Shown here piece after piece: positions 1 to 13,189 of a stretch of DNA of 64,000 nt. The DNA is from Octopus vulgaris (Eukaryota). Each line of letters opens with the position of its first letter. Position 1 is the stretch's first letter. The position numbers and the translations under genes were made by a program. The notes under the pieces were generated by a model. That model was given only the letters and a program-made list of their open reading frames with translations. It was not told where the DNA came from and did not search any database. The DNA lies in contig OX597825.1 of NCBI GenBank assembly GCA_951406725.2, positions 49,166,001 to 49,230,000 of the forward strand, given 5' to 3'.

Positions 1-212
1 GGTTGTAAAGTGACAGTGACAAAAACTGGCGCGAAGAAACATTTATATATATATATATACGACGAGCTTTTATTTTCCGTCTGCCAAATACATTCGCAAA
101 TATTTGGTCGGCCAGAGGCTATAGAAAAAGACACTCGCCTAAGGCAACACGCAGTAGGACTGAACGCGGAACAGTAAGGACTAGAAGCAAGCTTCTCACC
201 ACAAACCCAAAC
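1..212 (-). mobile_element. tRNA-derived CORE-type SINE (family A), partial degenerate copy
   Basis: Aligns by eye to the full copy at 46022-46409 (gaggctatag..aagacact..cgcagt..gactgaac). Confidence 0.75.
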
Positions 213-463
213 CTCCTTCAGGTTATCGTCTTTGCCGAAGTAGATTTACTCAAATTTGTCCTGTTTCAGTAGTTCTGATAACTATTCACAGCCATGGAAG
301 TTCTATCTCATTCTGTTAATGTATATATATATATCTATATATGCATGCTAATACACTCCTCTTTCGTATCTTTATCAAAACTACAGCTTAATAATAGACG
401 ATGGAACATATTAAGCATTATCTGAGCCATTTGGGGCTTCTTGACACAAATGCTTCTCATATT

Positions 464-464
464 C

Positions 465-519
<55 letters not shown>

Positions 520-1437
520 GATTATATATATATATAATATACAAATATTTATATGACATATATATATATATGCATATATATAATATATATATATTTATAA
601 AATATATAGTATATATGTAAAAATATAATATATATATAGTATTTAAATATATATATATATATATAATATATGTATAGTATATATATATTAAATATGTAGT
701 ATAAAAATAATATATATATATATAATGTGAATACATAATATGTATACATATAATATATATCATATATATATCGTATATATAATATATTTAATATACATAC
801 ATATATATAATATATATATATTGATATAATATAGATATTTATAATATATATATAATAAATATATGGTATATATATAATTTATATGTAGCATATATATATA
901 ATATATATATATCATATATATATCGTATATATATAATAAATATAATATATATATATTTATATACAATATATAAACATATATATAATATACGATATACTAT
1001 ATATATATATAATATATATATTTATATAATATATAGAATATATATACATATATAATAAACATAATTTATATAATATATATATATATAATATATATATATA
1101 TAATACATATATATAAATCACATATTTTATATATATATATAGTTATATATATAATATTTATATCATATATATATATCGTATATAAATATATATCATATAT
1201 ATATATCGTATATATATAATATATATATATGTATATATCGTATATATATAATTTATTATATATATATATGTATTATATATATATCGTATATATTTGTAAT
1301 GTAGATAATATATATATAACATATATATGTATATATATGCATACTACATAAATAATATATATAATATAAATATTATATATATATCTTATATAAGTATAAT
1401 ACATATATAATATATATAACATATATAATATATATCT

Positions 1438-1482
<45 letters not shown>

Positions 1483-1530
1483 TATATAAATATATATCAT
1501 ATATAGCTATATTTATATATATATATAATT
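464..1530. repeat. (TC)n then degenerate (TA)n low-complexity tract
   Basis: Directly visible; the Ile/Tyr ORFs here are translation artefacts. Confidence 0.95.
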
Positions 1531-1547
1531 ATACATCAGCACATCAG

Positions 1548-2968
1548 CACAGTCATGGAACGGATAGTCAGATGGAAGATAATCGCATTCCTTGAAAAAA
1601 AATAAATTGCTAAGTGATACTCAAAATGGTTTTCGATCAGGTAGGAGCTGCCTGACCCGGCTCTTACAACATTATGACTGGGTGTTGAGGCAGTTACTCA
1701 ACAAATCAAATGTGGATGTAATATACCTTGATTTTGCAAAAGCTGTTGACAAGGTGGATCATGGTATGATATGCCACATACTGCGTGGCCTCGGCATAGC
1801 TGGAAAACTTGGAGTGTGGTTACATGACTTCCTGAATGATAGGAGTCACTCAGTAGTGGTTAATGGAGCCACCTCTATGAACACACAAATAGTGAACGGT
1901 GTTCCACAGGGCACTGTCTTGGGACCACTGCTTTTTATAGTGGCCCTCTCAGATATGTCCTCAAATGCCCGGATACCCACTCTGGTAAGCTATGCATATA
2001 ATACGAAAATCTCACAGAAAATACAGAACACCAGCGATGACACACCTGCAGCAGGAGTTGGACCCAATTTACAGATGGGCTGAGGATAATAATATGCAGT
2101 TTAATGCTGAGAAATTACAGGCCCTGTGCTACCAGCATCCAAAACTGAATATTAAACATACAGGGTACACCGGTCCACATGGAATTTCAATCCCAGAGCC
2201 TAAGTCAGTGAGGGACCTGGGTATCGATATGAGTAGTGATACCTCTTTCCAAGTGCACATTACCAGGATGGCGACAAAGTGCAGACGACTGGCTGGATGG
2301 ATCTTAAGAACATTCAGAACCAGAGATAAGGAAACCATGATGGTCCTCTGGCGGACATTCGTCCTCAGCCGCCTGGATTACTGCTCACAGCTATGGTCAC
2401 CCACCAGTATAAAATTAACAGCGGACCTTGAAGCAATCCAGAGAAGATTCACAAAGAAGATCATCTCTTTGCAACAGCTCAGCTACTGGGAAAGGCCGAA
2501 ACAGCTAAGACTCTACTCCCTGGAGAGAAGACGGGAGAGGTATGCAGTAATATATATCTGGAAGATCATGGAAGAAATTGTGCCAAATTTTGGCATTGAA
2601 AGCTACACCAATGCCAGAACGGGACGACACTGCATGGTATCAAAGATTCTAGCAATGCCATCACGCTTCAGGAGCAGTTACTGCAACAGCCTGGGTTTCA
2701 AGGGCCCACATCTTTTTAATATTCTCCCAAAGAGTCTGAGAAACTTGCACAAAGTAGATGTAGGGGCTTTTAAATCAAAGCTGGACCTCTTCCTGTCGAG
2801 AGTCCCAGATGAGCCTACCTCAAGGCAAGAGGTGCAAATGAGGGTAGCTATATCAAACTCCATTCTTCATCAAGTTCCACATATTAGAGGAGGCTCTTAG
2901 TAATAACAGTGTAGCGCAAAACGGCGGTGCATCAGCATGGCCGCAGATCTGAGCTGAAACTTTAAAAA
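1548..2968 (+). mobile_element. 5'-truncated CR1/L2-group LINE, RT and C-terminal part of ORF2, frameshifted
   Basis: Motifs QNGFRSGRSC, YLDFAKAVDKVDH, GVPQGTVLGPLLF, RDLG, SRLDYCSQLWSP, LYSLERRRER. Catalytic YADD reads YAYN and there is a frameshift near 2000-2040. Confidence 0.92.
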
Positions 2969-2998
2969 CATATATATATATTTATTTATTTATATATA

Positions 2999-3725
2999 TT
3001 TCCCACTTTATCTCACAAAATTCTTCTCAGACAGTATTTATGAAATCGTTCTAATTGCCTTACCTGCCTACCGTAAACAACCATGCCTCACTTCCATATA
3101 GCAAAGATGGTGTGATGCATGAATTATATACCTTAACTTTAATTTGTCAAGATACATGATGCTGTTTCCATAGACGTCTATCAAGCACTACTAGGCCTGC
3201 TGATTCTGTATGGTGAGCTGGAAGATGGAGGGAGACCAGCGCATAAGCCGAAACTGGGGTTTAAGGATTGCTTTAAAAATGCTGTATACAGACAGAAATT
3301 GCAGCTGGTATGTGAGAGAGGGAGACAGAAAACCGTGATTCGTGGAGGCAAATAGTGCACGAGGGTTGTTCAAGGTTTGGGAGGGAGAGAGTGAAGCATG
3401 AGTGAATTAGGAGGGGGCTTAGAAGGGTAAACTGTGTAAAGTGAGACATAGATGTTTTATGTGTGTGGTTATAAAATTCATGAAAGAACGTGTTAAAATG
3501 TGGAAGGGTGTGCCCCTCAGTTGGAGGTCTAAATAAGCAGGGTACGCAAGTGTATATGGTGCCATCTGCATCTCCTGCCAACAAGCACAGTTGTCTAATA
3601 TGTAATAAAGTGTGTAAAAGCTTGGCCGGGCTTAAAAGACATTTAACGGAATGACATGGCAAAAATAATGAATCATTTCAGTAAGTTTTCTTGGCAATGA
3701 CTTTTCTCGTGTCAGGAGTATGGAG
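2999..3725 (+). mobile_element. RTE-clade LINE 3' fragment with inverted 5' segment (2999-3197 minus, 3195-3725 plus)
   Basis: Minus: LDRRLW..KVKVYNSCITPSLLYGSEAW..LERFHKYCLRRIL. Plus: LILYGELEDGGRPAHKPKLGFKD and terminal [17 protein letters not shown] zinc finger. Confidence 0.8.
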
Positions 3726-3739
3726 ATGTATGTGTGAAT

Positions 3740-3747
3740 TATATATG

Positions 3748-3809
<62 letters not shown>

Positions 3810-3984
3810 TATATATATATGTATATACATATATATAAATATAAGCACTTATATAAATGTATACATATATATATATACATGTTTGTGTGCCTATATATAT
3901 TTGTGTTTCGTTTGCCCGATCAAATCACTGAACAAACATATATGTAATATATATACCATATACCATATACCAAATATATTTATA

Positions 3985-4026
<42 letters not shown>

Positions 4027-4114
4027 AATATATATGCTATACATATATGATATATTTATATAATATACATATAATGTATATATATCATATATATATATAT
4101 TAAATATATAATAT

Positions 4115-4145
<31 letters not shown>

Positions 4146-4991
4146 TATAATGTATATATATTTATATATATAATGCATATAGATAATATGGATATTATAT
4201 ATAATTCATATATATCTATATTGTATAATATTGATAAATATAATACCTCTATATAAAATATATTATATATATAATATAATATATATATATATATATGTAT
4301 AATATATATGCTATACATATATGATATATTTATATAATATACATATAATATATATATCATATATATATATTAAATATATAATATTATATATATATATATT
4401 ATATATATAATATATATATAATGTATATATATTATATATATAATGCATATAGATAATATGGATATTATATATAATTCATATATATCTATATTGTATAATA
4501 TTGATAAATATAATACCTCTATATAAAATATATTATATATATAATAAATATATATATATATCGTATATTATATACATATAATACATATATATAACATATG
4601 TATTTTATGTTTAATATATACATATATATATAATATATATAATATATATATACATAATATATATATATAATATATATTTATAAGTGTATATATATATATA
4701 TATATATATAAATATATATAAATATATACATATGTATAATAAAATATCTATATAATATTAATATAATATATAATATATATATATATATAAACATAAATTA
4801 TATATATACATAAATAAATATAATATAATATGTATATATATAAATATATTTAAATATATAAATTATATATGTATATAAGTAAATACAATATATATATATA
4901 ATTCATATAATATATATATATTAATACATATAATATATTTATATATATATATATACATATATATATGCATATATATATATACATATATATA

Positions 4992-5038
<47 letters not shown>

Positions 5039-5050
5039 GTATATATATAT
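3740..5050. repeat. (TA)n-derived low-complexity tract with an internal ~270-bp tandem duplication
   Basis: Block taatgcatatagataatatggatatt... occurs at 4171 and 4441. Confidence 0.9.
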
Positions 5051-5061
5051 GATGTCATTAT

Positions 5062-5423
5062 GTTATTCGTTTGAGCCTTTCGACTGCAGTTATGCTAGCG
5101 CACTGTTTTTAGTTGAAAAACCAAATCCAGGACTTATTATTTTATTCTAGCAGTATCCTTTGTTCAAACGCTAAGTTTAGATCACGTAAAGAAACCTACA
5201 TCGGTTGTCATACTTCGATTTGGGACAAACACAGACACAGAAACATACACACACTTCGATATACGACGTGCTTTTTAGTCTCCGTCTACCAAATTAACGT
5301 AGAAGTCAGTGGTCAGCCCGAGGTTATAGTAGATGACATTTTGGAACGTGCAAAGCTGTGGGACTGAACCTGGAACCATGTGGTAGGTGAGCAAGCTATT
5401 TACCACAAAGCCACTCCTGCGCC
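5062..5423 (-). mobile_element. SINE family A copy
   Basis: Head ccactcctgcgcc at 5411-5423 plus body and tail matching 46022-46409. Confidence 0.85.
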
Positions 5424-5639
5424 TTTTATATTACCTATGTTTGAAAAAAGTTCGTTTCCATTTTTTGTATTTATGTTTTCGTTTCTCATTGTGTTTTTCG
5501 TTTTTTGATGTCCTGTACGCATTTTATGCATTTATATATATATATATATATATATGTAGGTATATGCTTATATGTATGTATATATGCACATATTTATATA
5601 TTATTCATATTCTGTATGTATGTATATATATATATACGA

Positions 5640-5990
5640 GCAAAACTCCCCCATCCAAATGACGCTGCTGAGTTGTCAAACATTTAAAACAAATTTTCTC
5701 AAAACAACTTGTCCTACCGTCCCATAGGTCTCCCCTTTGAGAAACACTGATTTAACCTAAATTTGAGACACCAGCAAAAGAGGAAATAAAGATAGACTTT
5801 TTTCTATTCCAAACAAAAAGCATTTCCCACGGCTTTATCGATCGCATTCTCACCTGCGATCAATTTCTGTAATTTTTTCAATATATACGCCCTTAAACCG
5901 TGGGTATCTACATACCAAATTTGAGCGCAATCAGATGAAGGACGCCCGAGACCCTAGAAGCCACGCACACACACACAGAACGGATTTATA
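5640..5990 (+). mobile_element. Helentron/DINE-like non-autonomous element 3' part
   Basis: End pattern cataccaaattt..gcaatcagatg..cacacacacaga..tttatatata, typical of HINE/DINE-like elements. Confidence 0.45.
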
Positions 5991-6071
5991 TATAATATAT
6001 ATATATATATATATGTTATATACAGATGTTGTATATAATATATATATACATATATATACGTATATAAATAA

Positions 6072-6107
<36 letters not shown>

Positions 6108-6144
6108 TACAGATATTGTATATATATACTATCTATGCATATAT

Positions 6145-6180
<36 letters not shown>

Positions 6181-6427
6181 CTTGTATATATATATATATG
6201 TTATATATAAAGAATATATATATATCATATATATGTATACTATATATATATTTTATATGTATTATATATCTGTAAAATATATAGATATTATATATGTGAT
6301 ATATTTTCATATATATTTAATATATGTAATATCAATAGATTTTGTATATAATACATATATATTGTGGATATATATATATATATACATTTCATATATATAT
6401 GTTACATATATTTTATGTGTATATACG

Positions 6428-6752
6428 TCATTTTCACAGCGGCCATGCTGGAGCACCGCCTTTAGTCGAGCAAATCAACCCCAGGACTTATTCTTTGTAA
6501 GTCTAGTAATTATTCTATCGGTCTCTCTTGCCGAACCGCTAAGTTACGCGGACGTGAACACACCAGCATCGGTTGTCAAGCGATATTGAGCGAGGGTGAG
6601 GGCAAACAAAGACATACAAACATACATACATACACAAACACACACGTCCCGAGGCTATAGTAGAAGACACTTGCCCGAGGTGCCACGCAGTGGGAGTGAA
6701 CCCAGAATCATACGGTTGTTAAGCAAGCTAATTACCACACAGCCACTCCTGC
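6428..6752 (-). mobile_element. SINE family A copy with internal deletion
   Basis: ggccatgctggagcaccgcctttagtcgag tail and cttgcccgaggtgccacgcagtgg CORE-like segment. Confidence 0.88.
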
Positions 6753-7296
6753 GATTATATATATATTATATACTATTTATTATAATATACAATTTATAAC
6801 ATATTACAGTATATCTTATATTACATACTTCATAATTATATTACATAATATATATATATTATATATATATATGACATATTACGATAAATATATATAATAT
6901 ATATATATATGTTATATATAATATATATTTAATATTACGATAAATATATAATATATATATATATGTTATTATATATTATATATATTTAATATATATATAT
7001 ACATAACATATATACATAACTTATATTATATAGTCAATATATATAATATATATAATACAGGACTATATATACATAACTTATATTATATAGTATATATATA
7101 TATATATATAATATATATATATATATATCATATATATTTAAGAATTATATGTTTAAGAAATATATTATATATATATATATATATTAATAGTTATCGCCAT
7201 ACTAATATGGCAGTCTAAATATAAGACTAAATCTGTATGTCGATAACTATTAATATCCAGTAACGCTGCCGTAATCTCCTTTAATTTTAATATTTC

Positions 7297-7356
<60 letters not shown>

Positions 7357-7582
7357 TTAAATAAGCTGAAGTATTTTACAACTGATTCATAAGCTTGATA
7401 ACTATGTTATTTGTACAAAGTATTATTCCATTCATTCTCTAACTCTTTCGGACATTATATTTTGCATGTTGGGCATCTACTCTTTTTGAATCACGAAAGA
7501 TACCAATTTTCGTGTACATACTGCTTTCTGTTGACGGATAAATCGACAACACTGGCTGAAAAGAAACGAGTGATTACTATCA

Positions 7583-7596
7583 TTTATTCATTTATT
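7583..7596 (-). terminator. Candidate polyadenylation signals (two AATAAA) for the GPCR
   Basis: tttattcatttatt on plus, about 900 nt downstream of the stop, near the edge of unique sequence. Confidence 0.3.
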
Positions 7597-8485
7597 CTGT
7601 CGACCTGGTAGTGATGGAAGCCAAGTTCTGCTTTCGATGGTATTTCAACTGCGAACAATGATTCACCGTTCTAGGACTACAAACAAACATTTTAAGAACA
7701 AACTAGATTGGCTCTTCACTGTTTGAGCCACGACTGGTATCCTAATACAAAAGCGACAATAAGTGGAAAAGCGGTTATAAACTGTTCTCATATTCTAAAC
7801 TGGTACACCATTTCCACTCACGTTGATAATAAATTGGCAGATTGCTCGAACGTTCTATTAAGATCACATTTTCTATGAAATCACAAAGGGATTGTTATAT
7901 TTTTAGATGTGTACTTTGTATATTTAGTAGTATCGTTATTTTTTGAGTGTGCAAATGTTAGTAAAATACGGTGTAATAATATTTATGATTCTGTTTTGAG
8001 TTTTTCTGTACCAAACATATTGTTTGTTAAGTACATTGTGTTAACAAGATACTTTGAAGTACGAACACGTGCAAATGTTTGCAATATTTATGTATGATAT
8101 ATATGCATTCAGGTAATTATAATCATATAACTTTGTGTGAATGTGACTGACAAGTGGAAATAGATTAAGATCTGTGTGTTTTACGTATCAGATTCCTACA
8201 CTGTTTGGCAAAGCATCAGTTATATTTTGTATATGTTAACTTCATAGCTAGTGGAGAATGTGTTAGTAGACCTGTAGGGCATATAGACATTCAATATGCG
8301 TAAGAAAGGATGAGTTCAGATAATTATTGATAAAGTTTCATAGAAAATATGTGATAGGTATGGATACATTTTCTATATATTAAGGGAGGTACCAATATAT
8401 ACAAAGAGGTACCTTATATTCGAAGAGGTACATGAAATTAAGACATCAGTACATGTATTTAAATATCAGTCATTGTAATACCCTT

Positions 8486-9709
8486 CTATGTACAATGCAA
8501 TATTTTTTTCATGTCTTTTCTGAAAATTGGATTCATGAAAGCATATATAGCAGGGTTGGCAACATTATACATAAAATACATATAAAATACAATTTTGTTC
8601 TGTGGGAGAACTGCATGCGCCATTAACCAGCCTGGAAGAAATGCTATGACAAATACCAACGTCACAACAAAAAGTACGCCGGCAATTTTCAGGTTTGAAG
8701 ACTGAGTCCGTTCTTTAACTTTATCATGTTTTCGCTGAGTCCTCTTTGATGCACCATCTTTTCCATTTTTCACTGTATCTTTCTTTCCTGCTTTTGTTGC
8801 TTCCGTAGCATTATTTTCGCACGTTTCATCTAGTACAGTATCTTGTGTCACAGTAGTAGACGTGGGAGCTGTGTATTTGGTCTTGTTGCGCCAAGATCTT
8901 TTCAGTACAACAAATCTTACAATTAGAGCATAAAGTACAGCAATGATTAGAAAGGAAACCAAAAATAGAAATGAATAAAACTTTTGATAAGCTTTGCGTG
9001 TTGATTCATTTATGATGATAATATTAGGACCACATTCAGCAGAGTAATTGTAAGTATAACTTGGCACAGGAGATGATTTAAGTCTATTTTCGAATCCAAA
9101 TAGCAAAGTATCGTTGTAGGCTTCAGTTCGTATATCTAAGCTGCCAACGGTTGTATTATAATCACCTGGTATTTCATACTTCTTATACATACCATGCATA
9201 AGACTGGTGAAGACGCCAAGGCCGATTGCTGAGAGACCAAGTGTGGAAATAAGTATTTTCGCCCTTTTTACGGTCATCACTCCAAGAAAAGGATGGCAAA
9301 TACAAAAGTAACGATCGAATGCGATAGCTACCATAATAAACATTGAAAATGGCACATTCGATGTTATTAAGAAGAAATACATTTTGCAAAAGCCATCATA
9401 GACGACCTTGTATTCAAGAGATTCCACTATCACTGTAAACGGAATCACAACCATGCAGGTAAATAAGTCGACAATTGCTAAACTTATTATGAAGATGTTA
9501 GATGTTACTTTCTCTTTCTTATTGGAATAAATATAAACCACAATAGCATTTCCGATGCTTCCAAGAACGGAGAAAGTCAAAAGCTGGACGATTAGCACGT
9601 AAACTCGCCACTCGTATTCGCCAGATGAATTGCTAATTGTTGCGACATTCACGTCTGTCTCTTCTGTTCTATTAGCCATTCCTGGTAGATGAGTGACTGC
9701 ATTTTCCAT
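8486..9709 (-). CDS. Class A (rhodopsin-like) peptide GPCR, orphan, CCK/orexin-receptor-like; 407 aa in one coding exon
   Basis: Seven hydrophobic segments; GN in TM1, LAIVD in TM2, C before TM3, AFDRYFCICHP, NPAIY in TM7. Acceptor ttctttctctctcAG lies 1 nt upstream of ATG 9709; stop at 8486-8488. Confidence 0.95.
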   Translation of the reverse strand: MENAVTHLPGMANRTEETDVNVATISNSSGEYEWRVYVLIVQLLTFSVLGSIGNAIVVYIYSNKKEKVTSNIFIISLAIVDLFTCMVVIPFTVIVESLEYKVVYDGFCKMYFFLITSNVPFSMFIMVAIAFDRYFCICHPFLGVMTVKRAKILISTLGLSAIGLGVFTSLMHGMYKKYEIPGDYNTTVGSLDIRTEAYNDTLLFGFENRLKSSPVPSYTYNYSAECGPNIIIINESTRKAYQKFYSFLFLVSFLIIAVLYALIVRFVVLKRSWRNKTKYTAPTSTTVTQDTVLDETCENNATEATKAGKKDTVKNGKDGASKRTQRKHDKVKERTQSSNLKIAGVLFVVTLVFVIAFLPGWLMAHAVLPQNKIVFYMYFMYNVANPAIYAFMNPIFRKDMKKILHCT

Positions 9710-9710
9710 C

Positions 9711-9730
9711 CTGAGAGAGAAAGAAAACAA
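9711..9730 (-). other. Splice acceptor (polypyrimidine tract + AG) of the GPCR coding exon
   Basis: Minus strand reads ttgttttctttctctctcag|GATGGAAAAT. Confidence 0.85.
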
Positions 9731-10396
9731 AACTAATTAGAATAATTAACTCAAAAAAATCGCATAAAATAACAGAAAAAAAGAACAAATCAAAACAAAG
9801 GAAAACAATATAAAGTGAAAAATCAATTCCAGCTCGAATTGAAAATTAATAAAATACTTCTGACCACCACCATCATCATCACTACCCCCAGCACCGACAC
9901 CACCAACCATTCAAACCGTCCATCACTGCCACCGCCGCAACCACCAGCACTACTGCCTCGACTACTATTACTGAAGGCAGTGTAGGGCAGATTACCTTGT
10001 GCCAAAAACCCTGTGCCGAAAACCATGCTAATCAAGCTGAACTGATTTTCACTTTTATAATTCTAACGTAGATGAAATAAATACAATCAATGTATTGAAG
10101 CTACGTGACTTAGCTATACTTTCAAAATGAGAAATATTCTTTCATGTTAAATTTATTGCAAAATTTTCTTTTTTTTGGTGTTTGAATTTGCCTGACTCTT
10201 AATGTAATTTTACAATGCTTTGTATTTAGAGGAGGCCAAGGAGTTAACACGTAAAACTAAATGTAGTTTACAAATCGGAGATTATAATTTCTAGAGATAT
10301 TGAACGAAGCTGAACCCCGAGTGGATGAAAGGCAAAGTCTTCCCCGCTAAGTATTTCATCCGTCGTGCCATCTCACCGCCTTACTAATTAGAAATA

Positions 10397-10599
10397 CAGT
10401 AATCTCTCGACTATCGCGGCTGTTACGTTCCAAACCCCACCACGATAGGTGAAACTCTACGAAGTAGAAGCAATACTCTACGGTATTTTAAAAAATTATT
10501 TTTATAATTTGTATATATTTTATTATAAATGCGAAACAATAACACGGAGGAATCGATGTAAGCTTAAATAATGAACCGCGATATGAAGAGGGATTACTG
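10397..10599. mobile_element. pogo/Tigger-type MITE
   Basis: TIRs cagtaatctctcgactatcgcgg / ccgcgatatgaagagggattactg flanked by TA on both sides. Confidence 0.85.
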
Positions 10600-10601
10600 T
10601 A

Positions 10602-10811
10602 TTGGTTTCAATTTTTGGCGCAAGGCCAGCAATTTCAGGGGAGGTGTTAAGTCGATTACATCGACCCTAGTACTAGTACTTACTTTGTGATCCTTGAAAG
10701 GGTAAAAGCCAAAGTCAACCTCAGCAGAATTTGAACTCAGAACGTAAAGACTGGCGAAAGGCAGCTAAGCATTTTGCCTGGTGCGTTAATCATTCTATAG
10801 TCCCACTGCCT
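10602..10811 (-). mobile_element. tRNA-derived SINE (family B)
   Basis: Reverse complement of gttctgagttcaaattc..gactttgcctttca..ggtcgat body. Confidence 0.85.
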
Positions 10812-11914
10812 TATTAATCAGAAATATTGATAATTAGAATTATTCATTGACAATTAGAAATATTCAAATACAGTTCTGAATCATTTGTGTAATTTTAAAG
10901 CTTGATTTAACGAGAAAATTACTACTGAAACGTTACAAAACAATCTAAGCGACTTTATACCATTTCTTCCAGCGTCACCACTGCAAACTGGATAATTATT
11001 ATATCCAAAATCCGTTGCTTTTATAGAGATTAACTTGGAACATTGAATGCGATTGACGTTTCAAGCACAATGCAATTATAGAATATAATTACGAGAAAAA
11101 TCGATTAATATTTTATAATTATTAAAGCAATTTTATACCTCATATACATATTTTTTAACCTCCTCACCTGTAACACTTGGAAACAACACCCATGGTTACA
11201 ATTACACCTTTAGAACATTCATCGTCTGGTTGTTTCTTATTTCGTGCTAGAGAAACAGAACTCTTTTGATATAATTGAAAGGACATATTTATGGAGATCA
11301 AATATCGAAATTTGTTGCAGGACTATTTAGAATATTTCATCTAAGTTTTGTGTATGACAGCACAAATGCTAGTTATTCAATTATCATTTCAAAGGTTTCT
11401 CTCGATAATTTGTTCCCAGTGACTAATTTCGACCAAACACAATGTTGTAGTTGACGTAATTAACAGGAAATTAAACTTATTCAACCGTCCATTTATTCCA
11501 TGCAGCAGCTACTGTGAAGAAATACAAAGATATTCTTTTCTTTTGCTTTCAAATAAGTTCAGATGATTGAGCGGTGAACTAACAAAATACATTGTCGCAC
11601 TTAATTACACCTCTTTATCTGTGTGTTCAAATATTGATGAGATTCTCTCTGATATTATACTCTTTCAGGATAGTAAAATAGGGACTAATCTCGCATTTGT
11701 GTCTTCTGATAATAGAAGAAAACAGTTTGCAGAGACATTTTGCAGATATTTGGCACAGTAGACTGCTTGTTTAATTTCTTGTTTAACCCTTTTCCGGCTC
11801 AGAGATGACAAAAAATATTTACTCTGCAGATCGATAAAATAATCTACCTTTACATGTTTGGATATTGAATTCGAGCTGTACTGTAAACAAATAGAACTTT
11901 CAAATATCCTTTTC

Positions 11915-12056
11915 GACTCTGAGCACAAGGTCCGAATTTTTTGGGGAGGAGGCCAGTCGATTATATCGACTCCAGTACGCAACTGGTGCTTAATTTATCG
12001 ACCCCGAAAGGACGAAAGACAAATTCGGTGGTATTTGAACTCAGAACGTAGACATA
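11915..12056 (-). mobile_element. SINE family B, partial
   Basis: agtcgattatatcgactccagt..ttaatttatcgaccccgaaagga..tttgaactcagaacgt. Confidence 0.8.
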
Positions 12057-12115
12057 CAAAATAAGAACGTTCGAACAGCACCAAGAGTGTAACTCGGTTT
12101 TGCGCCCGCATGCGT

Positions 12116-12871
12116 GTTGGGCCAAACCATCAATAATACTTCATTTTCTACAATGCTCTTCCACCTATCTGGTAAACTTGCAATGCCCCTCTTCCAAATT
12201 TCACTTGTCCGTGACGAAAAATACTCCTTCAGTAATGTTCAGTAATGTTCATTTTTTTTCTGTCCAAATAATTTTGAAGACTACGGAAGAAATGATAATC
12301 AGATGTCTGGCGAATATAGTGGGTGGGACATCGATTCCCATTTAAACTGCTTCAGGCTTTGGACTGTCGTCCCCGGTGTATGTGGTCGAGCATTATCCTG
12401 ATGGAAGAACACCTTTCGTCTTGAAACCAAAGATGGTCATTTTGCTTCTAGCGTTGATTTGAATGATTGTTTGAATGACCAAATCTAAGCTTCTCTGATA
12501 CTTCTTCAACAGTTACGATGAGATTCTGTTCCACAAGTATTTGAAGGACGTCCTAGTCGAGCTCTACTGATCTTCCAGGGCGAGGATCGTCTCCTTGGAT
12601 GTAGTTTCCGGCTTGGAATGTCTGGAACCACCGTTAACATTGGCTAACGTTGATTGTCCGATCCTCATATGCTGCATTAATATTTCTCGCACTTTCCGTG
12701 GCGTTGTTGCTTTTATTGAACTCATAAAGCAAAATATGCCGAATATGTTCCTTCGTCGCTTCCATTAAGAATACGGTAAAATTACTACCTGCTTTTATAA
12801 CAAGTTGATGCAGGTAGTTTATCCCGTCCCCCTCCGAAAACAAAACACAATATTTATGGGATTACCAAATA
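12116..12871 (-). mobile_element. Internally deleted mariner element
   Basis: Imperfect TIRs ttgggccaaaccatcaataat / atttatgggattaccaaata; N-terminal EHIRHILLYEFNK..NATESARNINAAY; same family as 52450-53661. Confidence 0.85.
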
Positions 12872-13189
12872 TATATAATTACACACACACACATACATAC
12901 GTAGAATGTTCTCATTATTTTCTACAAAAAGTGTAATCTCTGTCTCTCGAGGAAGTACAATAACGTATTTCAACCTTCTGATATTTTGAACGAGACGACG
13001 AGAAAAAGGTGCTGCAGAAACATGTATCACCGTTTATTGCTGAGTATCTAGATACCAACAAGTTACAATAGGATATTCGCTACATTATGAATTTGTCTGG
13101 AAGGACGGTACGATAAGAAAATATTACCATATTCATCAGTTTTAAATCATCAAGGGAAAGTAAAAATATCTATCAATGTCTTGAAGGTG

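Noticed and set aside
9710-9730. N-terminal extension MFSFSLR of the GPCR ORF
   Set aside because: It is the polypyrimidine tract and splice acceptor with a non-ATG start.
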